The notes below the pieces were generated by a model. The model was not told the origin of the DNA. It did not search any database and saw only the letters and a program-made list of their open reading frames with translations. A stretch of DNA of 64,000 bases. Source: Octopus vulgaris. Taxonomy: Eukaryota. Within the stretch, counting starts at the first letter, position 1. The number at the start of each line of letters is the position of its first letter. Shown here piece after piece: positions 1 through 12,215 of this stretch. The stretch covers positions 163,122,001-163,186,000 of the forward strand of contig OX597814.1 of the NCBI GenBank assembly GCA_951406725.2. The letters are read 5' to 3'. The translations under genes were made by a program, and so were the position numbers.

Positions 1-71
1 ACAGATATAAGATGTACTTTCAATTGTTCTGTTGCCATGGCTGCTACTTTATGCATCAGAAATATCCCTAT
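1..71 (-). CDS. IPO4: Importin-4 exon 6, runs off the window (IGIFLMHKVAAMATEQLKVHLIS...)
   Basis: ctttccAG acceptor at 73-72, phase 0, open to the window edge; HEAT helix following 'RE'. Confidence 0.85.
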   Translation of the reverse strand, partial: MGIFLMHKVAAMATEQLKVHLIS

Positions 72-175
72 CTGGAAAGTTTACAAAATAATTTTCAAAA
101 ATTGAAAATTATAAAAATCACAGGTCTAGAAAAATCAAAATTTTATAACTTATTAATGGAACTAAAGCTACTCAC

Positions 176-308
176 CTCCCTATGCCGGGGATTATGGTTC
201 CGAGAATATTCCAAAATAAAACTGAAAAATTCTGGCCAATTTTGGTTGGGCAATTCATGCTTAGCAACGGTGGCAATAATCTGAGCAATTGCTGTCTGCA
301 CACATTTC
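176..308 (-). CDS. IPO4: Importin-4 exon 5 (KCVQTAIAQIIATVAKHELPNQNWPEFFSFILEYSRNHNPRHRE)
   Basis: ttttatAG acceptor and GTGAGT donor; HEAT repeat with the IAxHExPxxxWPE motif; overlaps track ORF 143..349(-). Confidence 0.93.
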
Positions 309-821
309 CTATAAAACAAATCCCATCTTTTAAATTTCTTGATTAACACAAAATTTAAAACAAAAGTGAATTTCTATATTAAATATTTTCTTACTTTACA
401 GAATATGTCCTGAAACAATTTACCATCAAACCAATAAATAGACTTTTTGTTGTAAATTAAGTGAAGCAATTAGACTGATAAAATAAATACCAGGCTTTCT
501 TCAATGTCCAGCATGGCTGAATGCTTTAGAAAATTTACGATACCATTTTTAATGGAAAACTTACTTGACAGTAAGAAATGAACTCTTTAGCATTTGGATT
601 ACTCTGTCAAATGTAATGCTTTTAAATAGTTTTGAATTAGTCATACAATAATCTCGTACCTTGAGATTTCAATGAAGTGAATGATTGTCTTTTTAGAATG
701 ACATTGTAGGATAGGTAGGAGAGGCCAGAATGGCTGGTTTGAACAAAATAGAATATTTGGACTAGATATGGTCAGGATAAATGCTAAAAGGTTAAAGAAC
801 AAAAACCATTGTGGAACTTAC

Positions 822-863
822 TCTGTTTCTTGAAGAAACAACTGGAGAATGTTTCCTCTAATG
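822..863 (-). CDS. IPO4: Importin-4 exon 4 ((N)IRGNILQLFLQET(E))
   Basis: tttttatAG acceptor, 42 nt, GTAAGT donor; phase 2/2 matches both neighbouring exons. Confidence 0.9.
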
Positions 864-1417
864 CTATAAAAAGAAAGTTGAAATACTTCAATAAGAAAGG
901 AAAATGTTAAGATACATAACATCCAATCCATTAATGTTTTCAATAAACTAATATGTTCTCACTCATTCAAAGGATTAGCCATTATAGAACATGCAATAAA
1001 AATTCTACAAGGAACTATTGAAATCACATTCAAAAGCTTATGAATGTATATATTTTGATCTAAAAGAAAATCTATTTACAGTTATCAAGTCAACTTTGTT
1101 AAAATAATTACAAATAATGAGATGGTATACTCTTTTACTCTTTTACTTGTTTCAGCCATCCGGCTGAGGCCATGCTGGGGCACCGCCCTTGTATGTATGC
1201 CAGTTAAAAAAAAGTTCAGAGAATTTAATGGCTGTGTGGGTAAGAAGCTCATTTTGCAATTATGTGGTTTCAAGTTCAGTCCCATTGCGCAGTAGCTTGG
1301 GAAAATGTTTTCTATTATAGCCAAGTCAACCAATACCTTGTGAGTGAATTTCGTAGACAGAAACTGCATGGAACCCCATCATCTCTACATATATGTGCGT
1401 TTGTGTATTGACACACA

Positions 1418-1426
<9 letters not shown>

Positions 1427-1480
<54 letters not shown>

Positions 1481-1850
1481 ATATGTGTGTATATATATAT
1501 ATATACACACACACATACATCTATACATGCATATGTGTGTGTGTTTATATACACACATCTATACATATGCATGCGTGTGTATATACATACACATCTATAC
1601 ATATGCATGCGTATGTATATACATACACATCTATACATATGTGTACGTATGTATACACACATCTATACATATGCGTGTGTGTATACACACACATCTATAC
1701 ATACGTGTATATAATTACACACATCTATACATACGTGTATATAATTACACACATCTATACATACGTGTATATATACACACATCTATACATACATGTGTGT
1801 GCATATATATATATATATACATACATACACGTGCATATATGTATGTATGC
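1427..1850. repeat. (TA)n plus a ~26-34 bp minisatellite (ACACACATCTATACATA...) inside a SINE
   Basis: Visible tandem units; source of the low-complexity ORFs at 1326-1973. Confidence 0.85.
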
Positions 1851-2150
1851 ATGAGCTTTTGTATTCGTTCCTCACCACCACTTGACAACCAGTATTGGTT
1901 TGTTTACATACCCAGCAACTTATCAGTTAAGCAAGACACTAGTAGTATAAGTGTCTGGCTTAAAAAAAAATAAAAACAAGTATTTGAGTTTGACTTGTTC
2001 AACTCAACCTTTCAAGATAGTGCCACCAATGACTGGAACAAGTATTAGATTAAAGATGAGGAAGAAATTTCATCTCTTCTTTGCATGCTGTTAAAGTCAA
2101 TATTGTTCATTGAGAGAATGCAATGGTAGGTAAATTGTTAAAAGACTTAC

Positions 2151-2236
2151 TTTTTACGTATATCTTCAGACAGGTTAAAATACTGATGTTTTCTTTGTAT
2201 CTTCCTTCTTAACAGGACAGCAGCATATTGTCGAAC
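2151..2236 (-). CDS. IPO4: Importin-4 exon 3 (VRQYAAVLLRRKIQRKHQYFNLSEDIRK)
   Basis: AG acceptor, 86 nt, GTAAGT donor. VRQxAAVLLRR is the hallmark IBN_N motif of importin-4/5. Confidence 0.93.
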
Positions 2237-4259
2237 CTTTAAATATAAAAGTATTATCATCACTTAATTTAACAATTTTTCTTCCATGCATGAGACTAAA
2301 TAGTAGATTCTTTTTATTTACCCACAGCCTGCATCATTTTCATTCAGAACCACTCATTCTAAGATTTTAAATAACTGCTACTACCCAGTTCTCATCTGAT
2401 ATACTTCTAGCTCAACATATCTGTAACCAGTGCAAAGCACTTAACCTGGCATAGACCAACAACGGAGATTCTATGTAGTTGTTTGAATGGCAATAAATAG
2501 CAGGCAAATATTCCTCGACAATTTATAGATCTAGATTGCGCCCATTTCAATATTTGGTATTATCAGTTCACTTGATGTCAAGTTTCTAACAACAAACTTC
2601 CTTCCTATAGAATGAATATTTTAGGTCCCTGTCACTAACACTTTAATATCCACAATGAAGATCCTTGAAGACCCTTAATTTCTAGCTTCTTAACAAATTC
2701 TGCAGCTGTTGAATTGTTGCATGATAACTGAAAGAATGGCCACATGGTTAAGAAGTTTGCATCTCAGTCAATGTGGTCTGGGGTTCAGGCTTATTGCACA
2801 ACAACAGAGCATCTTCTACCATAACTCTGAGCTGACCCAAGTTTTTGAATGAAAATGGGTATATGAATACTGTGCTGAAGCCTATCAGATGGACTATCCT
2901 TGTTTTCGAGATTAAATCCATTGTCTACTTTATCACCATTGCAGGGGCTTCAGTTACAAGCATTCAGATCAGATCTGAAGATAATATTTCTCAAAATACT
3001 CCTCACAGAAGCAACCTATGGAATAGTGTTTCTTCTTCCTTCCCCATCCACTAAGTCTCAGAAGCCCCACAAAAGGTTCTGCATGATGCTCTTCCACCAG
3101 TGAGTAAGCCATGAAAATAATTAAGTTATTAGTCTTCACAGATATTCAGTTCTGAACTGCACAATAAAACTTTTAAGAGTAATTGTCTGCATCATCTTAA
3201 TTAGCCTAAGCATCTGGCTTTTCCATTGCTCATTATATAACAATGTACCAAATACTTTTCTACATAATTTTCCAAAGACAGTTATAATTAGAAACAAGCC
3301 ATCTATTTTGAACTGCAGCTATAAACTATTTTAGAGATAAAACTAGAACATTCCAAATTATTCAAGTCTGAATGGTTAAACTGATTTACAACAAATGCAA
3401 AGAACATTTTAAGGTCATATGTTGTTCAAGAAACTCTAAAATACAGGATAGTTACACCTGGAATGCTTTTGTCCATGGATTTACATGAAGCAAAACAAAT
3501 ATGTGAGTGTAGTTCCTTATTCTAAAAGGTATATCAGGCCACATTCAGAAGGAAAAAAAAAATCAAATTATAAATTTTTTTTTACAAATGTTTCATTGAA
3601 TTTTTAATGAAATACTACAGTGAACAGACCCATAAAAGAAATTCAGTATTTTATTTAAAGATATACTGTATTTGAGGCATAAAAAATGCATGGGTATATT
3701 AGATGCACCTCAATTTCAGTTGTGCATTCAGGAAAAAGTTTTTAGCACATTAAAGTTTATGGAAGCCTCAAGTTCACAAGTAGGACCCAGGAGAATTTGA
3801 GACTTTTTTGAGAAGTGCATCTTCTGCGACATCAAATACAATATATACAATAAACAAATCAATAACTCCAGTGTCTCAGAAAACATACGTGATCACTGTA
3901 CAGAGAAATATTACATATGGCCTGATTAGGGGGGACATACTAGAAGAAATTTAGCACTAATGAAAACATATATAAGCTCCTTTGCCGTTGGTTTCTTCAC
4001 TGTTAGAGAACAATTTTAAAAAAGAGATTAACACTGAATCAAAAACTCAACTCAATGAGAAATCAGCCCTTCCCCAAATAAACTGTATCCTGTATGCATT
4101 AAGAACTGTATAAACTATTGCAAGCAATATTATCATTGAGAAAAAAAATTTTAAATACCAAAAGTTATAATTTAATAATTTCCCTAGAAAATATTAAATC
4201 ATTTCAAATGAAAAATAATGGATTTGCATTATTTAAATCAACAGAAATGGTAAACAAAC

Positions 4260-4346
4260 CTGAGATTTTTCACAAGTACCAAGAATTTGACAAAATAGAG
4301 GTACTATATCTTGATTTTTCATTAGTAGTTTCATTTCATCAGTTGC
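4260..4346 (-). CDS. IPO4: Importin-4 exon 2 (ATDEMKLLMKNQDIVPLFCQILGTCEKSQ)
   Basis: ttttttctAG acceptor, 87 nt, GTTTGT donor, phase 0/0; importin-beta N-terminal domain segment. Confidence 0.9.
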
Positions 4347-4620
4347 CTAGAAAAAAATAATAAATAGTTTAACATAGGAACAAAGGACGTAGGTAGTCGA
4401 TTTGATCAACCCCAATACTAGTACTTTATCGATTCAGAAGGAATGAAAGGCAAAATTGACCTGAGAAGGATTTGAACTTGGGGACAAATGGAGAAGTATT
4501 TTATCCAATACTAACAAATCTAAATACAACACAGGTGTTTTAATGTAGTTTTCTCTACTAAAACAGAGACCATCTTGCAGGTCCCATGATAGTTTTCACT
4601 AATTTGCCTTGTATTCTACA

Positions 4621-5563
4621 CTAGCAGCATAGCCCGGCGTTGTCCGGGTATGTAAGAGCCCCTAGTAGGCAACAACTAATCCCAATCTAGTCCTTTCCCT
4701 CTAGGGAAGGAAGGCGCATGTGTAGGTTGCAATGTATTCTCTTCACTCAAATACTTCTGTGTATACGATGTTCCTAGCTGTCCCTTTGGGCGAAAACATG
4801 AAAACATCATTGCGCCTTCCCAACGCGTGAACAGCCCACGTAGAGTTGACCGTGGGCGAAGCACTGTTCGCCCAACTGTAAACCCAGCGACTTGTAGCGT
4901 TTGGCCTTGGGATTTATTGATGGACATTGCAAAGCAGAGTTTAACAGGAAACTGAGAACGCCTGAAGTGGATTGGTAGGTCAGCGCCTGACGGTTGAAGG
5001 TGCATGCGTGGAATGAAGACGTCCTCTCCCTTCCCACAACCGGTAAGTATTGTGGCCATTATTAAATGTGGTGGCAAATGTTTCACAACCAGATGTGTGC
5101 CGTTGCACTGTTTAGGTGGAACCAAATTCCTGATGAGCATAATGGCTGCACCGACTTTTAACTTCAGGATGTGTGGCGGCAGGCCTGGCGGTTCAAGTGA
5201 ATTCAGGAATTCAACAGGATAATCGGCAAGCTCGGCAGGGTCTGCTGTCCTATCAATAGATTTGTAGACGTGGAACATCACCAGGAATAGCTTCAAGTAA
5301 CTGGATATTGATGGAGTTGAGAGTTAAAAAGGTCGAGTTGCGTCCCCTAGACAGTCTGTGGTTTGTGTTTCTGATTCTCGACCCCATGTCGAATTTATCA
5401 ATTTTTTTCAGAACTGGGGGAACTTTTCAAACTTTTCGCTGTGTTAGTTTTGAATTATGACATTGGGCTATGTGTGTGTCAAGTTTCATCAGAATCGGTT
5501 GAAAGCCATGGTCAGGGTGAGGGTACAACCTGACAGACAAACTGCCGTTTATATAGAGAGAGA
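4621..5563 (-). mobile_element. Non-autonomous Helitron with a Pif1-type helicase C-terminal fragment
   Basis: 5' TC...TATATAAACGGCAG, 3' CCCGG-acaacg-CCGGG hairpin + CTAG, inserted at A|T. ORF 4676-5296 has [34 protein letters not shown] and [12 protein letters not shown]. Confidence 0.92.
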
Positions 5564-7744
5564 TCTCCCACCAATGATAAATGTTCAGGCTATAAGAACA
5601 GCTTCCTCCTCTTTCAATTCTCACTATACATTTCATTCTCTTGCAAACCATTGGATTTGCAGCTGCTTTCTATCATTCACACTGATATAACATATCTAGA
5701 AAACCTAAGTGTACTTGCCTTGAGCATACTTTCGTTGTTTTTTTCCAACTTTTCACTAATCATATACCTATATTTCTATTTACTAAATACCAATGTTGAA
5801 AATTAAACTAAATAGAAAAATATAGTAATGTCTCAATATATGAGTTAATCTGTTCCCAGAAATCACTTGTAAAGCGAAAACTCACAAAGCAGAGCAGTAA
5901 TTTCCCATAGTAGCAATGAAATTTTATACTGTCATTTTACTCCGCTGTGCAGACGCATCAGAACCAGTGTTGCCACACACACAAAATGGTTGTTTAACCT
6001 TTTCAGCAATCATATAGTGGTTCCATCATTGGCTCAGTTATGAACTACTGTTAGGAAGAGAATGAAGGTTTCCTTTACCTAATATTAAATTAAGTATGAA
6101 GCAAAAAGGTACCTATGCATCTGCTAGAAAGACAATACAAATGGGTACCTTGATGAAACATAACGTCTTTTCTTCTTGGAAATCTACACACCTGTTATTA
6201 AATTCCCACATCTATAGCTTGACAATAAGGAATAACAGATTAAACAGCAATTCAGTATTTTAATGATATGGTAACCAGCAGGAAAGATATATAACTAAAA
6301 TCCAAAACATTTTTAGTGATATTTATAAATTATTTTTTAAGATGCAGGTCTTGCCCCTTAACCTACAAAGGGTAAAATTTGATTATTTGATAAGAGATCA
6401 ACAAAGTAAATACCAAACAAAAATACATATTGGAATCAAAATAGCCAACTAAATAGAAAAAAAAATTTGAAAGCAATGCCCCAGAATGGCTGCAGTCCAA
6501 TGACTGAAACAAATAAAATTAACATGAGAAAATCATTTTACACAAGTTGAAATAAAGCAATTTGCTGTTAGTATCTAAAATAACTAAGATTATTGCACAG
6601 TGCTGGCCATCTTACAAAAATATCCAGAAAACATATCTGTTACAAAACAAAACAGCTAAAAGATGTGCCTTCACTCACACACATAGAGCTATCTATCTTA
6701 CTAACAGCTCCAATAACTAACATTCTTAGTTAGTCACTTGTTGAAAACATCCATCGAGTGGAAGTTTCCAACAAGTAAAAGTATTCATATGAAAGGTTAG
6801 AGGATTTTGTTTCAAGGACAAAGAAAAAATTTTCTACCCCAGGGAAGGATTTTATCCAAAATATCAGAAACTCCTCACTCAGCACAGGGACTGACTAATA
6901 CAAACTTTTCCAATAAAGACAATTTTTGCCTATGCAAACCAGTAAGAAAATATACTGAGTGAACATGTCAATGAGTCATACTCCAGTGCCTTCAGCATTT
7001 CTCTGTCCTTCTTTCACCTGTATACTTCCAGTTTTCAATACTACTCTGCACTGGAAACATACACATATGCATTCACACAAAATTTTTGCCTATGCAGACC
7101 TTTATTTGTCTCATTTAATACATCATATAAACTTATGAGCATGTGAGTGTGTGTGTGTGCACATATATTTATCATCACCATTGGTTTATGCCTGCTTTCC
7201 TTGCTGGCATGAGTCAGACAGGCTGTCAGAGTATGAGTCAGCTTTTATTCAGTTTTTTTGCTCCAATAACTAGGTTAGGAGACCATTCTGTTTAAGCATA
7301 GCTTCTATGGTTAGACAACCTTCTGAGCATCAATCACTTCCATCTTGGTACAAGCACTCAAGAGAGAGAGTGAGTCATGCTTTCGACAAAACGAGACTAA
7401 AGGGTTCTTTTCACTCTACATAGCCTTGGCTTGTTTGCCAACAACTTTGCAGAGTGTATTTAATGCATTTTATAGTGGCATAGCAGGGATTCAAACCCTA
7501 ACCACTAGATACTTGATTGGGCAGAAGAGAGCCACCAGTTTCACCTGATTGATCTATAAATCGAACAATCAGTGTCATGCTGTGGCGTGATATGGCTTTC
7601 TCGAACGTTCTGGAATTTAACCTCTGCCACCTTGTAAAAACCATTTGGTGCTTAACTCAGAGCCCAGGTGGTCAACAGACTGCCTCAGACTTTTGTGTAG
7701 ACAACTCCAGGCACTCGGACACAAAATGATGTCCAACAGATAGC

Positions 7745-7980
7745 TTTCTTATTTCTTTATTGCCCACAAGGGGCTAAACATAGAGGGGACAAACTAGGAC
7801 AAACAAACGGATTAAGTCGATTACATCGACCCCAGTGCGTAACTGGTGCTTAATTTATCAACCCCAAAAGGATGAAAGGTAAAGTCGACCTCGGCGGAAT
7901 TTGAACTCAGAACACAGCGGTGGACGAAACACCACAAAGCATTTCACCCGGCATGCTAACATTTCTGCCAGCTCGGCCTA
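7745..7980 (-). mobile_element. tRNA-derived SINE with a Meta-type central domain
   Basis: GAGCTGGCAGAAATGTTAGC head and CCTTTCATCCTTTTGGGGTTGATAAATTAAG core; many paralogues in the window. Confidence 0.75.
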
Positions 7981-9817
7981 CATATAGCTTTCTACATTCA
8001 CAGAGCAGTTTTTCTCTCCTACTAGTTGGCAATTATTAATATTGTTCATTGTAAATAGCCAACACCAAATATATTATGTCCAGTAATAAATATTACAGCT
8101 AAATATGAATGAGTTTGCTTCAGTTTTTAAGCCTGCAGCCAGCACATGTATACCACAACAATGCTGAGATAATCTTCATGCAACAATGATAATAAAGCCA
8201 TCCACTTTGACAATGGCAACTGACATTTGAAGGATATCATCAGTGAGCAGGTCAACTCAAGCAACAAACAAAATATGCACCAGCGGAATCAGTACTAGTG
8301 AGGTTGTCTAGTACATTGCAAGATAAGAGTCCTACAAAATTGATCATTCAGGGAAACATGAGCAATAGAGTAATTAAAAAGGAGAAAAACTTCAGAAGAT
8401 GCACTTGGATGAAAAGGATAAAGAATTAGCTGAACAGATTAGAAAACAAGAAAAAAGAGCAAATTGCAATAAGAGTACATGTAAAGTCACAAATGAAGAA
8501 AATATCAGAAGATATAAAGTTAATTGATCTTTCAAATTTTCAAATGAATTGTATCAGAGATTCTTTAAAAAATATTCTTCAGCTCTGTCAGAAAAATATA
8601 GTTTCATAGCTTTATAATAAACTGAGAAAGCTGCATGAAAGAACAAAGTCAAATTGGAAATATAGATAAGTAATCCATGTTTTTTGCATACCAAAAGAAC
8701 ACTGGATAAAGTAGGAAAACTGACTTAGAAGAGAACAAAAAAGAATTACTGTAATTTAGCTAATTTTATTGATGGAACCAAACTATATCTGATAGTTATT
8801 TTTTAAAAGGAAGACAATTCCAAAAAGAAAATTTTCTTTGGGCCTTAAGATGGAGAAGGAATATGTTTAAGGCTAAGATTAAAAAAAGTATGGAATAAAT
8901 GAGCTGAAGCCTTTTAATCCTTTTATTAACGTATTTCTTTTGAGATGCTCTGTGTTTCTTTCAATTAATTTTAAATATAACAAATAATTTAGTAAAATAA
9001 CTTGGTTATCATTAAGCTAGTGTTAAGAACATAAATTTTAACAAGATTTGGTGGAAGATTTTTAATTCAGAATTTATGAAAATAAGACATTTGTACTACA
9101 GAGTCAGAAGTGGTTTCAGCCAGGCTGGTATGGAAAGGGTTAAAGAAACCTGATATGTTGGTGTGTAGCCAGTTTAGAGATCATCTTATTAAGCCATTGA
9201 AGCACATATTCAAAGTTATGAAAACACATTGTAAAAGCTTCCATACTCAGAAGTTAGTGTTTTGTTACATTACAAATTGTCCTGTAACCCAGCAGCAAAA
9301 ATATTACCACAGACCTACAGGTTTGAAACTGGCTGCATTAGGAGGGAAGGTCACACTTTTTTATTAAATGCCCACTTTCTTCCATGTTAGCATTGGTTGG
9401 ACAAGACTTATTCAGACAGTATCTTATGGTTAGATACTCCCCCTGCAATTAGTTCTAGTTTTTCAAGTATGGTATTTTATAATGCACTGGTCTTCATACA
9501 TCAAAGCCACCAGGCTACAGATTATATTGATTACAATACACAATAGTAAACAATAGTTAATCAAAAATGATAAAATGTGAAGACAAGAGGTAAAAAATAG
9601 AAAAAATACACAACAGACTTCCATACAATTTGTCTAACATTTACAAGAAGTCATTAAACCTGAAGCTGAAATAGAAAACATTTGCTCAGGGAGCTACACA
9701 GTGAAATGTAATCCAAAACGTGGTTGCAAAGTGAACTTTGCAACTACAGAGTCATGCCTGCACCTACAGCTAATTTTTAGCTACAAAAAGTGGTGGGATC
9801 ACATATTTGAGATTGTC

Positions 9818-11024
9818 CTGGCATTGCTTTGCTAACGAAGATTAGGAAGGCTGCTGTCAACATTGTCTGTACACTCATTTGTGGCTGATAAGGATGATGT
9901 GGGATTGGCATATCCAATAGCAATGATGACAGGAATGGTTGTTCAGGGTCTGATAATGCAGCCACATTATTTTTTCATCTCTGATGTTGGTCTCCAAGAG
10001 AGGCACTGCAGGAGATCTCAAAGGAGGAAACAACATCACTGATGGTATGGAACCAAGCAACATGGTCAGCTGTTAGAGTGGACCAGTCAAGATAATATCA
10101 CAAATGCTACAGGACTGCTTCAGGCAGTCCTTGTAACGCCTCCTCGGTGTCCCTCCCCCATTGCGGTGGCCAGTGGTGAACCCACCATACATGATGATCT
10201 TGGGTAGGTGTTAATCTTTCATCCTGCCAATGTTCCCTGCTCAATGCAGTCATGACACAAGTAAAATGGCTTCCAGGCTGGTGGCCTTTGCTCACTCAAG
10301 GACCTCAGTGTTGGTGATGTAGTCATTCCAGTAAGCATTGAGGTTGGTACGGAGGCAGCTTTGATGAAAACGTTCAAGGAGCTCGAGATGACAGCAGTAG
10401 GGGACCCAGGACTCAGAGCCATATAGGAGCATCGTGAGAATGACAGCCCTGTAGAAGCTGACTTTTGAGCTGATTTTAAGATGCCTGTTCCACACACGCT
10501 TATACAGTCTACCAAATGCTTGTCAGTTTCTTTGTCAATAGCCACATCTGATGAAATGGTACATCCAAGATAAGTGAACTGTTGTACCAACTTCAGTTCT
10601 GTTTCAGCAATGGTAATGTGGGGTGGGCTGTACTCTTCCTGAGGAGCTGATTGATATAGGACTTCAGTCTTTTTCAAGGGTGGTATACAGGGTCCACATA
10701 GTCACTGGACGCTGATTGGGTGAGCACCAAACAAGGGCTAAAACTTCCAATGAGTGATGCAAACCCCAAGTCCTACTTCGACCTCATGATACCAACTGGA
10801 TCTAAACCAACAGGAGAGGACAGCAGGTATCTGGTGAAGTATAACCAGGCTGCTCTGAGCAGACGGAGCTCATTAACCATGATCAACCTCTTGTCTAGGA
10901 CATACTGATATAAAACCTATGACTCAACAACCTCTGTCCTCGTCTCAGCTTGCTGGGCCACAGCAGATGAACCCCGGGTGTAAAGGGTGGGGTCAGTTCT
11001 GCACAGACTGCATTTCACCTTAAA
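9818..11024 (-). mobile_element. Truncated RTE-clade LINE with a 13-bp TSD (ATTTGAGATTGTC)
   Basis: KKTEVLYQ, FTYLGCTIS, LLYGSESW, LERFHQSCLR and a C-terminal ICQSHIILISH zinc-finger motif. Exact direct repeats at 9805-9817 and 11025-11037. Confidence 0.85.
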
Positions 11025-12179
11025 ATTTGAGATTGTCGTTCTTAAGTAAATATGGTATGAATACCTGTGTGTCTACTAGAAACCTCAAAAGCAACCTTCA
11101 AAAGCAGCAAGAAAACATCACACTATACTGCCCTCAATTTTACTTCAATTGTTGGGTTTTCTACCACCAAGGACCTCTCCTGGTGAAACATCTTTAACAT
11201 AGCTAGGACTGCATCCTAACTGGATTTTTTCTTTTGGTCAGAGCCAGAAGATACTTCTGCTCCTAGCAATTTATCAATTATATATAAAGCTCAGATGAAA
11301 CCAGTGCTGCAGTTGCAGACAAACAACCAAGACTGCATCCAGAAAAAACCCACCATACTGAATGACAGAGTCACTCACAGATACATCCTAGCTTCTGGAC
11401 AACAAGTGAGTGAACTGCTTTTGAAATTCAAATCCTAAATGGACTAAGCATATAAGTGGTATCTGAGCTGACACTGGAGATGGCAAAACACTGCCTTTTC
11501 TACCTTAACTATAATTCTGGCATTCCTATCTCACTAGTGTCTCCTTTCATCACTCTTGTAGTGTCCAACTTTCTCAGGCTCAAAGCTCTTCACTAAGTCC
11601 AGTTCTTAGAATGTCATCTCTCTGGAACACCTCTGTTCATATCTTTCCTGCATTTGTTGAGATAACCAACAGGAATATTAATAGTATCAATGTCACTTAT
11701 CTGAGAGCTTACAAAAGCCATGGGTAGTTTGCCTCTTCCTTCAGACCCAGCAAGTAAAAAAACAAAAAAAATGAGCCTTTTAGTCGTATTATGTGGAACT
11801 TGTTTGGCAAACAGTCAAACAACAGAATGGTTTAATAAGATGCCATCAATAAAATGTTTAACTTCTTTCAATATACCAATAATTAAATCCAGAAATAAAT
11901 ATATAGTGTGCTTCAATTCTGCTGCAATACGAAGCGAAAATTGTATTTAGCATCAAATCGATTTAGATAAGATATATTGAATTTACTTCAGCTTTTACTT
12001 CTTCTTATTTGTACTTGTTTCAGTCATTCAACTGCAGCCATGTTGGGGTATTGCCTTGAAGTGTTCAGTCGAGCAAATCGACCCCAGTATTTTTTTTCCG
12101 TATAGTCTACTCGGTCTTTGTTGCCAAACAGGCGGTAGAGAAACACATACACACATAATGTGTGTGTGTGTGTGTATAA

Positions 12180-12215
<36 letters not shown>

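Noticed and set aside
12-284. 90-aa plus-strand ORF
   Set aside because: Antisense shadow of IPO4 exons 5-6.
1540-1800. Regularly spaced ~30-bp repeats resembling a CRISPR array
   Set aside because: Low-complexity minisatellite without unique spacers, in a eukaryotic intron.
1326-1973. Long [12 protein letters not shown] ORFs (also at 19561-20064, 23221-23551, 31107-32388, 35245-35673, 41123-41981, 48275-48612, 62266-63267)
   Set aside because: Translations of (TA)n, (CA)n and (ATAC)n microsatellites; not genes.
4676-5296. 206-aa ORF as a host PIF1 gene
   Set aside because: Intronless, frameshifted fragment inside Helitron termini.
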